This document shows positions 22,814 to 33,708 of a stretch of DNA of 64,000 nucleotides, in pieces. The notes under the pieces are model-generated. The model searched no databases, was not told the origin of the DNA, and was given only the letters and a program-made list of their open reading frames with translations. The stretch comes from Candidatus Poribacteria bacterium (GTDB lineage Bacteria; Poribacteria; WGA-4E; WGA-3G). The position numbers were made by a program, and so were the translations under genes. Location: contig CBDBFU010000020.1 in the NCBI GenBank assembly GCA_965205025.1, positions 1-64,000 of the forward strand. Direction: 5' to 3'. Position 1 is the first letter of the stretch. Every line of letters begins with the position of its first letter.

Positions 22814-23674
22814 ATGACTTATGAAGTAAAATACTATAAGGATCCAAACTTATTATTAGATGATGCGGAAGAATATCTAATTTCAGATCCAGTCCATAAT
22901 AACCTGATCCTAACTGTGTTAAAACATGGAATGAATTTAGATAACATTGGTGGATATTGGACAGTCAATGATAGTAAATATGTTGTAGGAGTTTGCGTAC
23001 AACCATCTATAAACTCTCGTGGTATAATAACTTCAATGCCAATCGATGCAGTACAAAGTTTAGTTGAAGAAATAACTAAATCAAATATACATTTAGCAGG
23101 TATAGGTGGAGAAGTAAGTACAGTAGGTAGTTTTGCTGGAGAATGGGCAGAAAAGAACAAAACACCTGTCATTCCTTTTCTTGGATTACGTTTATATAAG
23201 TTAGAATCTGTAAAAACTTCAATCACAGTAATGGGACATATTCGCAAGGCATCTAAGGGAGATAGAGACATCCTTATTGATTGGGTGTATGATTTTAGAG
23301 TAGAGATTGGAGAGTATCAGGAAAATTTTGAAGCGGGTATATTAGAGAAACGTAGATATGAAATTTCTCAATTCATTGACTTGAATATTGCAGCAGGAAA
23401 TGTTTGGTTGTATGGAAATCCGAATCCAGTCTCAATGGTAATCAGAACACCAGATGTCTATGGTGTTGTACGTCTTGAAAAGGTTTACACACCTCCAGAA
23501 GAACGACAAAATGGATATGCCACGGCTTGTGTTAACCATATTTCAAAACAGATTCAGGATGAGGGTTATTGTTGTATCCTTTATTCCGATTTAAATAATC
23601 CTGTTTCGAATTCAATTTATCGCAAAATAGGTTACAATGCTATAGCAGAAATCATCCAGTATCGTTTTGAATGA
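22814..23674 (+). CDS. GNAT family N-acetyltransferase
   Basis: VYTPPEERQNGYA and LYSDLNNPVSNSIYRKIGY. Confidence 0.88.
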   Translation: MTYEVKYYKDPNLLLDDAEEYLISDPVHNNLILTVLKHGMNLDNIGGYWTVNDSKYVVGVCVQPSINSRGIITSMPIDAVQSLVEEITKSNIHLAGIGGEVSTVGSFAGEWAEKNKTPVIPFLGLRLYKLESVKTSITVMGHIRKASKGDRDILIDWVYDFRVEIGEYQENFEAGILEKRRYEISQFIDLNIAAGNVWLYGNPNPVSMVIRTPDVYGVVRLEKVYTPPEERQNGYATACVNHISKQIQDEGYCCILYSDLNNPVSNSIYRKIGYNAIAEIIQYRFE

Positions 23675-23719
23675 ATTTTCTATGCTGATTACAATTACAA
23701 TTACAAATTAGGATACGCT

Positions 23720-25639
23720 ATGAAACTTTTTGTGCCTGGTAGAATATGCCTATTTGGTGAACATACTGATTGGGCTGCTCGTTATAGGCAAAATAACGCT
23801 GAACTTGAAAAAGGTTACACGATAATTACCAGTACGAATCAAGGTGTATATGCTGATGTCCAACCACATCCAACAAATCTTATTCTAAAAACAACACTTA
23901 GCGATGGGACAAGACATGGCCCCTATACATTATCCATGGATCCTTCCGTACTTTTAACTGAGGCAGAAAAAGGCAGCTTTTTTAGTTATGCTGCCGGAGT
24001 TGCCTATCAGATTCTAACTGATTACAAAGTACAAGGATTGGAAATTGATAATTACTTGACAGATTTACCTGTGAAAAAAGGTCTTTCTTCAAGTGCAGCA
24101 ATTTGTGTGATGGTTGCACGTGCATTTAACAGGATTTACGATTTAAAAATGACTACGTTGGATGAGATGGAATATGCATATCGTGGTGAAACTACTACTC
24201 CATCCCGATGTGGGAGAATGGACCAGGGGTGTGCATTTCAACATCCAATTCTCATGAGTTTTGATGGGGATCTCATTGATGTAAGGGAGTTTAGTGTTCC
24301 CTCAAATATCTATATGGTGATTGTTGATTTAGGTGCTGGTAAGGATACACGCTTTATATTAAATCAGCTGAACCATTGTTACCCTTTTGCTGAAAATGAG
24401 TTACAGGAGAAAGTACAATATTTTCTTGGTCCATTGAGTGCAGAGATAACAAAAGCTGCTTATGAGGCACTTCGTAAAGGTGATGCAGAATCAGTCGGAA
24501 AATTAATGACCCGTGCGCAACAAGAATTTGATAAACACCTTATTCCAGCTTGTCCTACACAGTTGACTGCACCTATACTTCATAAAGTACTTAATTATGA
24601 ACCTATACATCCTTATATATTAGGTGGAAAGGGTGTAGGATCACAAGGTGACGGCAGTGCACAGTTCATCGTTAAAGATGAAGAATCGCAAAGACGGGTA
24701 ATTGAGATAATTGAAAGAGATTTAAACATGTCATGTCTGAAATTAGTCATTGAGGCAAGCAGAAATGTTAGAAAAGCAGTGATTCCAGCTGCAGGTTTCG
24801 GTACCAGACTATTTCCTGCCTCAAAAGCAATGAAGAAGGAGCTATTTCCTGTAATTGATAGTTCAGGAAGGGCTAAACCAGCAATTATGGCTATAATCGA
24901 AGAAGCAGTCAATGCTGGAATTGAGGAAGTATGTCTTATTGTACAGAAGGGAGATATTGACCTATTTGAGTCCTTCTTTAAGACTCCTCCGCGGATTGAA
25001 CATTATAACAAGCTAAGTAAAGACAACCAAAAGTATTGTGATTATATAATAGAATTAGGAAGTAAGATTTCTTTTGTGACACAAGATGTTCAAGAAGGTT
25101 TTGGACATGCAGTATACTGTGCCCGTGAATGGGTAGGTGATGAACCGTTTCTATTAATGTTAGGTGATCATCTTTACGGTTCTGATGAACCATACTCATG
25201 TACTCAGCAAGTATTAGATGCTTACGAACGAGTTAACCATAGTGTGGTTGGATTAAAAGAAACATTAATTGATGAGTTATCTAATTTTGGATGTGTTACA
25301 GGTGTATGGAATGAAGAAGGTTCAATGTTATCTGTAACAGAATTTTTTGAAAAACCAGATCCAGAATATGCAAGGGAACACCTTCATGTTGATGGTATGG
25401 ACGACAAGATGTTTCTAACGGTTTTTGGTATATATGTAATTGAACCCCAAATTTTTGGGTTTCTTGAACAGAATATTGAGCATAACATAAGGGAAAGAGG
25501 GGAATTTCAGCTTACATCTTGCTTGGACGATTTAAGAAAATCAGAAGGTTTTTCTGGGTATGTAGTAAAAGGTCGAAGATTTGATATTGGATTACCAGAA
25601 GAATATCGTCAAACAGTTATTGATTTTAAGGGAGCATAA
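23720..25639 (+). CDS. Bifunctional GHMP-family sugar kinase / GalU-like sugar-1-phosphate nucleotidyltransferase
   Basis: PGRICLFGEHTD, PVKKGLSSSAA and CGRMDQ, then KAVIPAAGFGTRLFPASKAMKKELFPV, QEGFGHAV, LGDHL and GEFQLT, in one uninterrupted frame. Confidence 0.88.
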   Translation: MKLFVPGRICLFGEHTDWAARYRQNNAELEKGYTIITSTNQGVYADVQPHPTNLILKTTLSDGTRHGPYTLSMDPSVLLTEAEKGSFFSYAAGVAYQILTDYKVQGLEIDNYLTDLPVKKGLSSSAAICVMVARAFNRIYDLKMTTLDEMEYAYRGETTTPSRCGRMDQGCAFQHPILMSFDGDLIDVREFSVPSNIYMVIVDLGAGKDTRFILNQLNHCYPFAENELQEKVQYFLGPLSAEITKAAYEALRKGDAESVGKLMTRAQQEFDKHLIPACPTQLTAPILHKVLNYEPIHPYILGGKGVGSQGDGSAQFIVKDEESQRRVIEIIERDLNMSCLKLVIEASRNVRKAVIPAAGFGTRLFPASKAMKKELFPVIDSSGRAKPAIMAIIEEAVNAGIEEVCLIVQKGDIDLFESFFKTPPRIEHYNKLSKDNQKYCDYIIELGSKISFVTQDVQEGFGHAVYCAREWVGDEPFLLMLGDHLYGSDEPYSCTQQVLDAYERVNHSVVGLKETLIDELSNFGCVTGVWNEEGSMLSVTEFFEKPDPEYAREHLHVDGMDDKMFLTVFGIYVIEPQIFGFLEQNIEHNIRERGEFQLTSCLDDLRKSEGFSGYVVKGRRFDIGLPEEYRQTVIDFKGA

Positions 25640-25699
25640 CTTTCCAATAATAATATTGTCTAAAGATGATAATTTGATCATCTAATATATTATTCTACT

Positions 25700-28600
25700 T
25701 TATATTCTCTTTACAACAACAAGAGTTAAATCATCATATTGTTCAGCTTCCTGAACAAAATTCTGTATATCATCTACAATCATTTTAATTACTTCTTCTG
25801 CCGTACTCTCATCAGGTATATCTGAAATAAATTGCTTCAATCGATCTGTTCCATACATATCTTCATCAATATTCAATGCCTCAATAAGTCCATCTGTATG
25901 GAAAATCAGGAAATCACCATCTAATAAATCAAATGACATTGATTCGTAATTTACCAAGTTTCTACTTCCGAGCGGTAGATCACTTGTTTCAATTTCAATC
26001 GCTTCTGAACCGCGTTTTAAAATCGGATACGGTTGTCCACCATTGGCATAATCCACTCTATTCTCTGAATCCCTAAAAATAGCTAAATTTAGTGCGATAA
26101 AACTTGGACCATACATACGTGGGGATAATCCAGAGTTAAGTTCTCTGAGTATAATATCAGCCCTATTATTAACTCGAGCGACTTCATGCAGCATTCCATT
26201 TGTTAGTACAGCATTCATCGCCCCACGTATTCCTTTCCCTGCTGCATCCGCAACTGCAATCGCAGTAAGACCATTGTCCAATGTTAAATAATCAAAAAAG
26301 TCACCACCAACCTGTGTAGCAGGTATTGACATTGCAGCTATATCAAATGACTGTGTTTCAGGTGGTTCTGTTGGCAGAAGTCCCATTTGTATGTTTTGTG
26401 CTTCATTCAGTTCAGCTCTAATCCTAATCATTTCGGCTTCTTCTTTTTCTCTCATTTCAAGACGTAATTGGGCAGTCTGTCTACGATTAACAATTAGTCT
26501 AAAACCTAATGATGCCACGGCTAATAGGAATACGACTGTAGGGAGGTATTTTTTCCATCTACTCCAAATGGGTTGGTCTATTGTAAAATTTAGAACAGCA
26601 GGACGTTGTGTATAGGGCCACCCTTTACGAAATGCTGTAATTAGGAAGCTATATTTACCTGATTTCAACCCTTCATATCTTACCTGTGGAGAAGTTATAC
26701 TTTTTGCATCATCCTGGGGTTGAAAATATGCGACAACGTCTTCATTGATTCGTGTTTCTAACCCAGTCTTCTGATCTGATCTATAAGTTGTCCAATTATT
26801 TTTCCCAACTCCAATTAGTTTAAATCTATAGTCAACAGCATCTCTTAGTGGACTAATTCCTTTAAAATTGATTGTAAGATCTTTTAGATTAGAAGGTAAT
26901 GGTGTATTGATATCTGAAAGAGTAAATTTCGCACTTTCTATCGTATCCTGTTCTGTATGTTCTTTTCCATCAGTTAACACTGATTCAATCTTAACGAAAG
27001 GTAATGCTCCGAGACTCGGTCTATATTGTGTTGCGCCCCCTTCTGTTGCAAACCATATTTCTTGGGATTCTGATGCATATATATCTGAAACATTATTATG
27101 GATAAGACCATCTTTAGTAGTAATGGATTGGAATGTATCACCATCAAATCTAACTACTCCACCACCCCATGTAGCAAACCAGATATTACCCCAATTGTCT
27201 TCATGGACATCCCTTAAATCGTCAACAAGAAAACCATTCTTGGTTGTATAGGTAGTTGCTGTTTCACTATCATAATGAATAGCCCCCTGAGAGGTAGCTA
27301 ACCATAAGTCTCCATCATGTGTAGTAAGTGCCCCTTCAATCTTTGTCAAAGTAACTGATGCTGAATTCTTTAATTCTGTTCCGTGGTAGGTCTTAATACT
27401 GTCAGGAAATACAAATATAGTCTGATGTAAATCTGACTCTATATTTTGATTTATAGTTATAGTATTTTGAACTGAAAGTAAGGGTTTGCCACTTGCAGCA
27501 CCTGGTACTTCTGTTAAGGTATCGCCAAGATTAGGATTCTCCAAATACATTAATTGCCCACTAATTGTATTATAGAACCATCTTACTTCATCTGTACTTG
27601 AAATACTCGGTATAGGAACTAATGACTGATATGGTAGTACTTCGGCTTGAACTGACCCAAAAAATTGCTGAAATTTACTCTTTATATTACTGAATCTTTT
27701 TATTTCCCCAGAGTCATAATAACACCATAAACGATTAGTGTTATCATTATATAATGCGATAATTGCGTTTGATGGGGGTGATAAAATCTCAGAAGTATTG
27801 AATGGGGTGATTCTTACTGTTCCCTCAGGAGTTAACCGATATAGACCGTTGATATTTGGATAAAATAATATCCCACCAATTACAATCCATGGATTAATTT
27901 TTGAAGTAATAAGTGGCTTCAAATCTGTAAAAACTATATCTCCACCTGGTCCAAATTCAGCTTGGATTTGAATTGTTATAGTATCAAATCTATCTTTATT
28001 CTGACGATAAAATCTGTAGAGTGTAAACCCATCTTGATGTCGGATAGGTTTATTCATCAACCATAGTTCACCCTCTACTTCAAAGATCTTGATAATCTCA
28101 GTACGTCTATACAATCTTTGATTACTAAAGGTTTCATTGGCAGCAATAGAACTTTTTTCTAATGCAATTGGTGATAGAATATTCTCATTTGGAAGATATT
28201 TGGCGATCCCACCTGGAATACTAAACCATAGAGTTCCTGAGCTATCAGGATATATCAGTCTAACACTATTACTGCCTAATACTGTCCGGGTTGTATGATT
28301 TACTATTGCAGGTTGTGGTTCAAAAACAGTCACTCCATTGTCATGACCAAACCATATTTTACCATCCATTGACTCAAAAATGGTTTGTATATTATCACTA
28401 CCAAGACCGTTATCAACACGATAAATGTGATGTAGTAATTTAGATGTACCAGTTAGTGTTGGGTCAAATTGAAATATTGAATTTGTATTTGGCTCAAAAT
28501 ACTTAGTATCAAATGAAAATGCGCCATTTTCAGTTGCGAACCAAAGTTGATCCCATGCGTCCTCTATTTCAAACTTACCTTGTAGATAAAATTCTTGATT

Positions 28601-29533
28601 AATTTCACGAGAATAATTTCTTAATCTTTGAAGAGTTCTACCATCCCACCAACTCAACTGATTATTATCGTTATACCAGATTCTACCGTGTTTATCAATT
28701 TTAACAGAGATATTACCTTTATGTAATATACCCGATTGACTTGAAGTTGATTGTTTAGATCCAAGATTAGTACTTACAATTTCTTCAAATTGTATATTGT
28801 CGAATTTTAGTAATAACTCTCTACCGGCGAACCATAAATTACCGTTCCGATCTTCCGTAATCGCATTAATACTACGATTTTTGGGTATATCTGGAAGGTT
28901 GCCCAAACGTTCAAAATTAGCTGTTTGCCAAGAATCTATTTCATCTTTAAAACGTAGGATAATAACACCTTGTGCATCATTTCCTCCAATCCAAAGAGTT
29001 CCTACTTTTGTGGGATAGATAACATTTATCTTTGCTACTGATGAACTGGCAATATTATATGGGTAAGGTTGTGGATCATCTTCTTTGTTTAAAGAGATGT
29101 ATTGAGTGATTAAATTATTACCACCAACCCATATATCTCCATCTTTATCTACAGCCATACAGTTCCCATTAGCAATATATTCAAATGTAGAACCATTATA
29201 TCTACTGATTACACCCTCACCTTCAGAATGATGTCTACTGAAAAACCAGATATGTCCCCATTTATCCTCTACGATGTTTAATGTGCTACCCCGAAATTTA
29301 TTAGAATCACCTGAATAAGGATAGAACGTTGTGCCATCAAAGTAACTTACACCACCACGATCTGATCCAAACCATAATGTACCGCGACTATCTTGAAATA
29401 TAATAGGAACAATTGGTCCAACCAATCCATCAGCAACTGTATATGTATGCATCTGTTCGTATGCATATACATTACACATTTGAAAAGCGACCAATATGAG
29501 GATAAAAGAAATAAATGATTTAATTTGTATCAA
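25700..29533 (-). CDS. Beta-propeller (Reg_prop)/Y_Y_Y sensor fused to a SpoIIE/RsbU PP2C phosphatase
   Basis: Signal peptide, repeated (E/Q)DxxGxxWF motifs, TM helix, then VGGDFFD, VADAAGKG, HTDGLIEA, QYDDLT. Confidence 0.88.
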   Translation of the reverse strand: MIQIKSFISFILILVAFQMCNVYAYEQMHTYTVADGLVGPIVPIIFQDSRGTLWFGSDRGGVSYFDGTTFYPYSGDSNKFRGSTLNIVEDKWGHIWFFSRHHSEGEGVISRYNGSTFEYIANGNCMAVDKDGDIWVGGNNLITQYISLNKEDDPQPYPYNIASSSVAKINVIYPTKVGTLWIGGNDAQGVIILRFKDEIDSWQTANFERLGNLPDIPKNRSINAITEDRNGNLWFAGRELLLKFDNIQFEEIVSTNLGSKQSTSSQSGILHKGNISVKIDKHGRIWYNDNNQLSWWDGRTLQRLRNYSREINQEFYLQGKFEIEDAWDQLWFATENGAFSFDTKYFEPNTNSIFQFDPTLTGTSKLLHHIYRVDNGLGSDNIQTIFESMDGKIWFGHDNGVTVFEPQPAIVNHTTRTVLGSNSVRLIYPDSSGTLWFSIPGGIAKYLPNENILSPIALEKSSIAANETFSNQRLYRRTEIIKIFEVEGELWLMNKPIRHQDGFTLYRFYRQNKDRFDTITIQIQAEFGPGGDIVFTDLKPLITSKINPWIVIGGILFYPNINGLYRLTPEGTVRITPFNTSEILSPPSNAIIALYNDNTNRLWCYYDSGEIKRFSNIKSKFQQFFGSVQAEVLPYQSLVPIPSISSTDEVRWFYNTISGQLMYLENPNLGDTLTEVPGAASGKPLLSVQNTITINQNIESDLHQTIFVFPDSIKTYHGTELKNSASVTLTKIEGALTTHDGDLWLATSQGAIHYDSETATTYTTKNGFLVDDLRDVHEDNWGNIWFATWGGGVVRFDGDTFQSITTKDGLIHNNVSDIYASESQEIWFATEGGATQYRPSLGALPFVKIESVLTDGKEHTEQDTIESAKFTLSDINTPLPSNLKDLTINFKGISPLRDAVDYRFKLIGVGKNNWTTYRSDQKTGLETRINEDVVAYFQPQDDAKSITSPQVRYEGLKSGKYSFLITAFRKGWPYTQRPAVLNFTIDQPIWSRWKKYLPTVVFLLAVASLGFRLIVNRRQTAQLRLEMREKEEAEMIRIRAELNEAQNIQMGLLPTEPPETQSFDIAAMSIPATQVGGDFFDYLTLDNGLTAIAVADAAGKGIRGAMNAVLTNGMLHEVARVNNRADIILRELNSGLSPRMYGPSFIALNLAIFRDSENRVDYANGGQPYPILKRGSEAIEIETSDLPLGSRNLVNYESMSFDLLDGDFLIFHTDGLIEALNIDEDMYGTDRLKQFISDIPDESTAEEVIKMIVDDIQNFVQEAEQYDDLTLVVVKRI

Positions 29534-29563
29534 GTTTACAACCTTAGATCATAATAACAAAGT

Positions 29564-30748
29564 CTATATCTTCCTTGAGGAAAACTCTTGTATTCTGTTA
29601 ATAGCGGTTTCAATAATATCATCAGGATATGTGAGTGATATTCTAAAATATCCTTCACTCCATTGTCCATACCCAAGCCCTGGTGTTACAACAACACCAG
29701 CATCTTCAAGTAATTCAGTTGCAAATGCCCGACTTGAACCATCAAATCTTTCGGGTACTGGTGCCCATACATACATAGTTGCTTTGGGTTTTTCTAATGA
29801 CCAACCACTTTTAACTAAAGTATCTACAACACTATCCCGTCGTTTTTCATAAATATTGTTAAGTTTTGGTGTAATATCATCTGCAATCGATAAAGCTTTT
29901 GCGCCTGCATATTGCAGTGCCCTTAGTGACCCATTATCGATATTATCCTTAACTTTCTTTACTGCTTGAACAGCAGTTGAATTCCCAACCACGAAACCTA
30001 ATCGCCAACCTGTCATATTAAATGCTTTACTTAATGAGAAAAATTCAACTGCAACTTCATCAGCCCCTTCTACTTGAAGTATACTTGGGGATTTATAACC
30101 ATCGTATGTATTTTCACTATATGCATTATCATGTGCAATCAAGATATTATTTTGACGACCAAATTCAATTGCACGGTTAAAAAAGTCCAGATCTGCTGTA
30201 GCTGTTGTAGGATTATTTGGATAATTAATCCATAGCACTTTGGCAAGTCGTTTTACTTCATCAGGAATTGCCTCAAAATCTACATAAAAATCGTTTTCTC
30301 TCAAAATAGGAGTATAGTATGTTGTCGCACTTGAAAAGACATGACCTATATTATATGTGGGATAACCTGGACTTGCTGCAATTCCAACATCACCGGGATT
30401 TAGGATTCCTAAACATAATTTAACTATAGCATCTTTACTCCCCATGGTGATCGCAATTTCTTCGTCTTTTAAGTTGACATTAAATCGTCTATCATAGTAA
30501 TCAATGATTTCATTAGGAAAATCATCAACTGGATTATCACAACCATAACGATGTCTATCTGGATCTTCTGTATTACTTATGGTCTGATGCAGTGTTTCAA
30601 TAATAGGATCAGGTGTTGGGTGATCTGGATCTCCAATTCCAAGACTAATAACATCAACACCTCGTTCTTTGGCTGCGGCAATCTTTTGACGAATATCTAC
30701 AAAGAGATATGGTGGTAATTTATCTAACCTATCTGCAAATGTAATCAA
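29564..30748 (-). CDS. dapL: LL-diaminopimelate aminotransferase
   Basis: LPPYLF, SLGIGDPD, NYPNNPT, HDNAYSE, EFFSLSKAFNMTGWRLG; same cluster as dapB. Confidence 0.82.
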   Translation of the reverse strand: MITFADRLDKLPPYLFVDIRQKIAAAKERGVDVISLGIGDPDHPTPDPIIETLHQTISNTEDPDRHRYGCDNPVDDFPNEIIDYYDRRFNVNLKDEEIAITMGSKDAIVKLCLGILNPGDVGIAASPGYPTYNIGHVFSSATTYYTPILRENDFYVDFEAIPDEVKRLAKVLWINYPNNPTTATADLDFFNRAIEFGRQNNILIAHDNAYSENTYDGYKSPSILQVEGADEVAVEFFSLSKAFNMTGWRLGFVVGNSTAVQAVKKVKDNIDNGSLRALQYAGAKALSIADDITPKLNNIYEKRRDSVVDTLVKSGWSLEKPKATMYVWAPVPERFDGSSRAFATELLEDAGVVVTPGLGYGQWSEGYFRISLTYPDDIIETAINRIQEFSSRKI

Positions 30749-30868
30749 TGTTAGTATACTCCTATCTTTAATTTACTTTATAATTTCAAAACAAAATAAG
30801 AATTTCTTATGGTGTGTATTGTTAATTCAATACAATTCTTTGTATTGTAATAATTAAGGATGACTTAA

Positions 30869-31612
30869 TCATTTTAGTTGAAGGATTGCTTGTTGTGATT
30901 CTGATAATTGTCCCATTACATTAGGACTAAAATGTAATCCTTGACCACCCCAGTCTGGCATATAACCAATACTATAACAGTAATATAGTGTTCTGCGTGG
31001 ATTACCGGAGACATTGATTACAGACCCATGGGTTAATGCTTCTGTAAAAATTATAGCATCTCCAGCCTTAGCAGGTATAGGTGCCAAAACAGGATTTTCA
31101 TCAGGATGACTACCCCACGGTTTCACAAAATTACTCTTATGTGCACCTGGAATTACAGCAAAACAACCATCTTCAACATCACAATCCAACATTGGGAATA
31201 CTGCTTTAGTTAATGTCGATACCATTTCACCATTTTTACAATGATATTGACACTTTGGAATTATAGGTGTTCCATGCATATGTAAACCCGTATAACCTCC
31301 ACCCCATCGATAGATTGTGTATGTGTGATTCAATCGATATGGACCACCAGTTACACCTTCAATTACATCCAATACTTCTGGGATATCTACAAGTGCAGTG
31401 AAAGCATTATCACCCTCTAATATATTAGAGATATAGAGTTCTTTATCGGTTTTTTCAGTTCCAAGACAAAGAGGTTCAGGATAGTCAGATGGTTCCATAG
31501 TTTCATAACGGTCTAATGCTAAATTACATGCATCAATCACTTCCTTCGGAATCACATTTTTCAATACTATGAAACCCTGTAAATCAAATAGGTATTTCTG
31601 TTCTCCAGTCAT
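30869..31612 (-). CDS. Phytanoyl-CoA dioxygenase (PhyH) family Fe(II)/2OG enzyme
   Basis: YLFDLQGFIVL, IPGAHKSN, AGDAIIFTEALTHG, RRTLYY. Confidence 0.85.
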   Translation of the reverse strand: MTGEQKYLFDLQGFIVLKNVIPKEVIDACNLALDRYETMEPSDYPEPLCLGTEKTDKELYISNILEGDNAFTALVDIPEVLDVIEGVTGGPYRLNHTYTIYRWGGGYTGLHMHGTPIIPKCQYHCKNGEMVSTLTKAVFPMLDCDVEDGCFAVIPGAHKSNFVKPWGSHPDENPVLAPIPAKAGDAIIFTEALTHGSVINVSGNPRRTLYYCYSIGYMPDWGGQGLHFSPNVMGQLSESQQAILQLK

Positions 31613-31623
31613 AATTATAACCC

Positions 31624-33708
31624 TTATTTTATATTTGTCACCTTATATTTAAGAATAGTTCCATACTGTCCAGCAACAAATCCATTACTGGCATTAAATA
31701 TATGTATCGAAGTTAAATCTGTCCGTGTATCTGTCCGTTGAGGTCTCCAGCTTTTTCCACTATCTTTGGTATGAAGAATAATACCATCTTTACCAACAAT
31801 CCAACCTTCAGATTCAGATATAAAATATAAATCATATAAAAAATTATCTGTATTACTTTGTTGACGATACCAACTTTTTCCACTGTCGTTAGTATGGAAT
31901 ACAGTACCATTTTCACCAACAACCCATCCATAAGACGTGTCATAAAAGTATACAGCATTGAACCAGATATTGCTGTTTTCACTCAAATCAGTAAGTCGTT
32001 GGCTCAATTGTGAAATCTTCCAATGCTTTCCACTGTCAGTCGTATGAAGAAGCGTACCGAAAATACCTGTAACCCATCCTTCAAATCGAGATGTAAAATG
32101 AATATCGAAGAGATTGGCTGATACACCACTATTTTGTGTTTCCCAAGTTTGTCCTCCATTGGTCGTATGTAGGATTTCTCCACCACTACCTGCACACCAT
32201 CCTGTCAATTCATCTATAAAAAAAACAGTGAGTAGATCCTGATTACTGTTAGATGTTTGTTTTTCCCAAACAGCACCCCCGTTTGATGTATGAAGAATGA
32301 TACCTGCTTCCGCTACTGCCCACCCTTCATCAGGTGTGATAAAATACGTACCACCAAAACATTCTGGAGTTCGACTATCTTGAGATTTCCATACAGCACC
32401 ACTATTGTCAGTCTGGAGTATAGTTCCTCTATCTCCGACAACATAAGCTTCAGTTTCAGATACGGTACAAATATCAAATAATAAATGTGTTGGATTTGAT
32501 TGAGATTCCCATGTTATACCACCATTACGTGTATGAAGAATAGTTCCGTTCTCACCAACAACCCAGCCTTCTTTATTTGATATAAAATCCAAACCTAATA
32601 ACAACCCGTCGGCACTGTTATGAAATCGGGGTCCACCTCGTTGATGTTTCCATTTCCTTACATTATCTTTATCAATCTCAAAGGATGTATGAAGAATTAC
32701 TCCCAAATCTCCAACAATCCATCCATTTTCTCGATCAGAAAAGTCTACATTATATAGTGTAAATGTGTGTAAGGGTTCATTTCCAAGATGTTCTGGTTGT
32801 CCGTACTCCTCTTTATGTCTAATATTACTTCCCTTGGTGATGTCTACCCAATTTTCACCACCATCAGAAGTTGAATATATTGCACGTTTATCACCAACGA
32901 CCCATCCAGTTTTCAAATCAATGAAATGTATTCCGAATAATGCCCTGTCTGTTTCAAATTGTTTAGACCATGTTTGACCACCATCGTTCGTATGAAATAT
33001 ATTTCCTGGATTGTTTATATCTTCTGGATTACTGGATGTAATTATCCAACCATGGTTTTTATCAATAAAATGTATAGCTTTTAATGACTCTTGTTTAAAA
33101 GAATTCGATTCAACTATCTGAAATGATTTTCCTTTGTCATTGGTTTTGAGAAGTGTACCCCATTCTCCAACAATCCATCCTATCTCTTCATCTATGTAAA
33201 TACCATTTAAATTAGATTGTGTATTCGATTGAATTCTATTCCAGGTGTCTCCACCATCAGTCGTGTGAATAATGATGCCATCTTCACCAATACTCCAACC
33301 ATTCTCTGAAGATTTGAAAAACACTTTTTTTAATGGTTTTCCAAAAATACCACTATTTTGTATTTTCCAATCTTCTCCTCCATTCTGAGTATGGAGAATA
33401 ATACTCTCTGTTTCATCAGATAAAGAGCCATCTACATCATTTGAGAGACTGTTTATTCCGTGATGTGAAGAAATTCCAACTGCATTTCCAACAATCCACC
33501 CCTCTTTTTCAGATATGAAGTAAACATCATATAGATGTGCACTCCAATCACCTTTTAATACAGTTTTCCATTCGCCTCTTACATTTTTTTGGGTATTAGA
33601 GCAGCCTACAATTAGGAATAAACCGATTATATTTATCAGAAATAGTGAAAAATATAATGGATAAATGTAATTATTCTGATTGTTTCTCAAAAAGGACTTC
33701 GCTGACAT
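31624..33708 (-). CDS. YCF48/BNR (Asp-box) repeat beta-propeller protein, probable lipoprotein
   Basis: More than 12 repeats of F..GW.VG..G.ILHTxDGGxTW; IVGC lipobox-like site. Confidence 0.85.
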   Translation of the reverse strand: MSAKSFLRNNQNNYIYPLYFSLFLINIIGLFLIVGCSNTQKNVRGEWKTVLKGDWSAHLYDVYFISEKEGWIVGNAVGISSHHGINSLSNDVDGSLSDETESIILHTQNGGEDWKIQNSGIFGKPLKKVFFKSSENGWSIGEDGIIIHTTDGGDTWNRIQSNTQSNLNGIYIDEEIGWIVGEWGTLLKTNDKGKSFQIVESNSFKQESLKAIHFIDKNHGWIITSSNPEDINNPGNIFHTNDGGQTWSKQFETDRALFGIHFIDLKTGWVVGDKRAIYSTSDGGENWVDITKGSNIRHKEEYGQPEHLGNEPLHTFTLYNVDFSDRENGWIVGDLGVILHTSFEIDKDNVRKWKHQRGGPRFHNSADGLLLGLDFISNKEGWVVGENGTILHTRNGGITWESQSNPTHLLFDICTVSETEAYVVGDRGTILQTDNSGAVWKSQDSRTPECFGGTYFITPDEGWAVAEAGIILHTSNGGAVWEKQTSNSNQDLLTVFFIDELTGWCAGSGGEILHTTNGGQTWETQNSGVSANLFDIHFTSRFEGWVTGIFGTLLHTTDSGKHWKISQLSQRLTDLSENSNIWFNAVYFYDTSYGWVVGENGTVFHTNDSGKSWYRQQSNTDNFLYDLYFISESEGWIVGKDGIILHTKDSGKSWRPQRTDTRTDLTSIHIFNASNGFVAGQYGTILKYKVTNIK

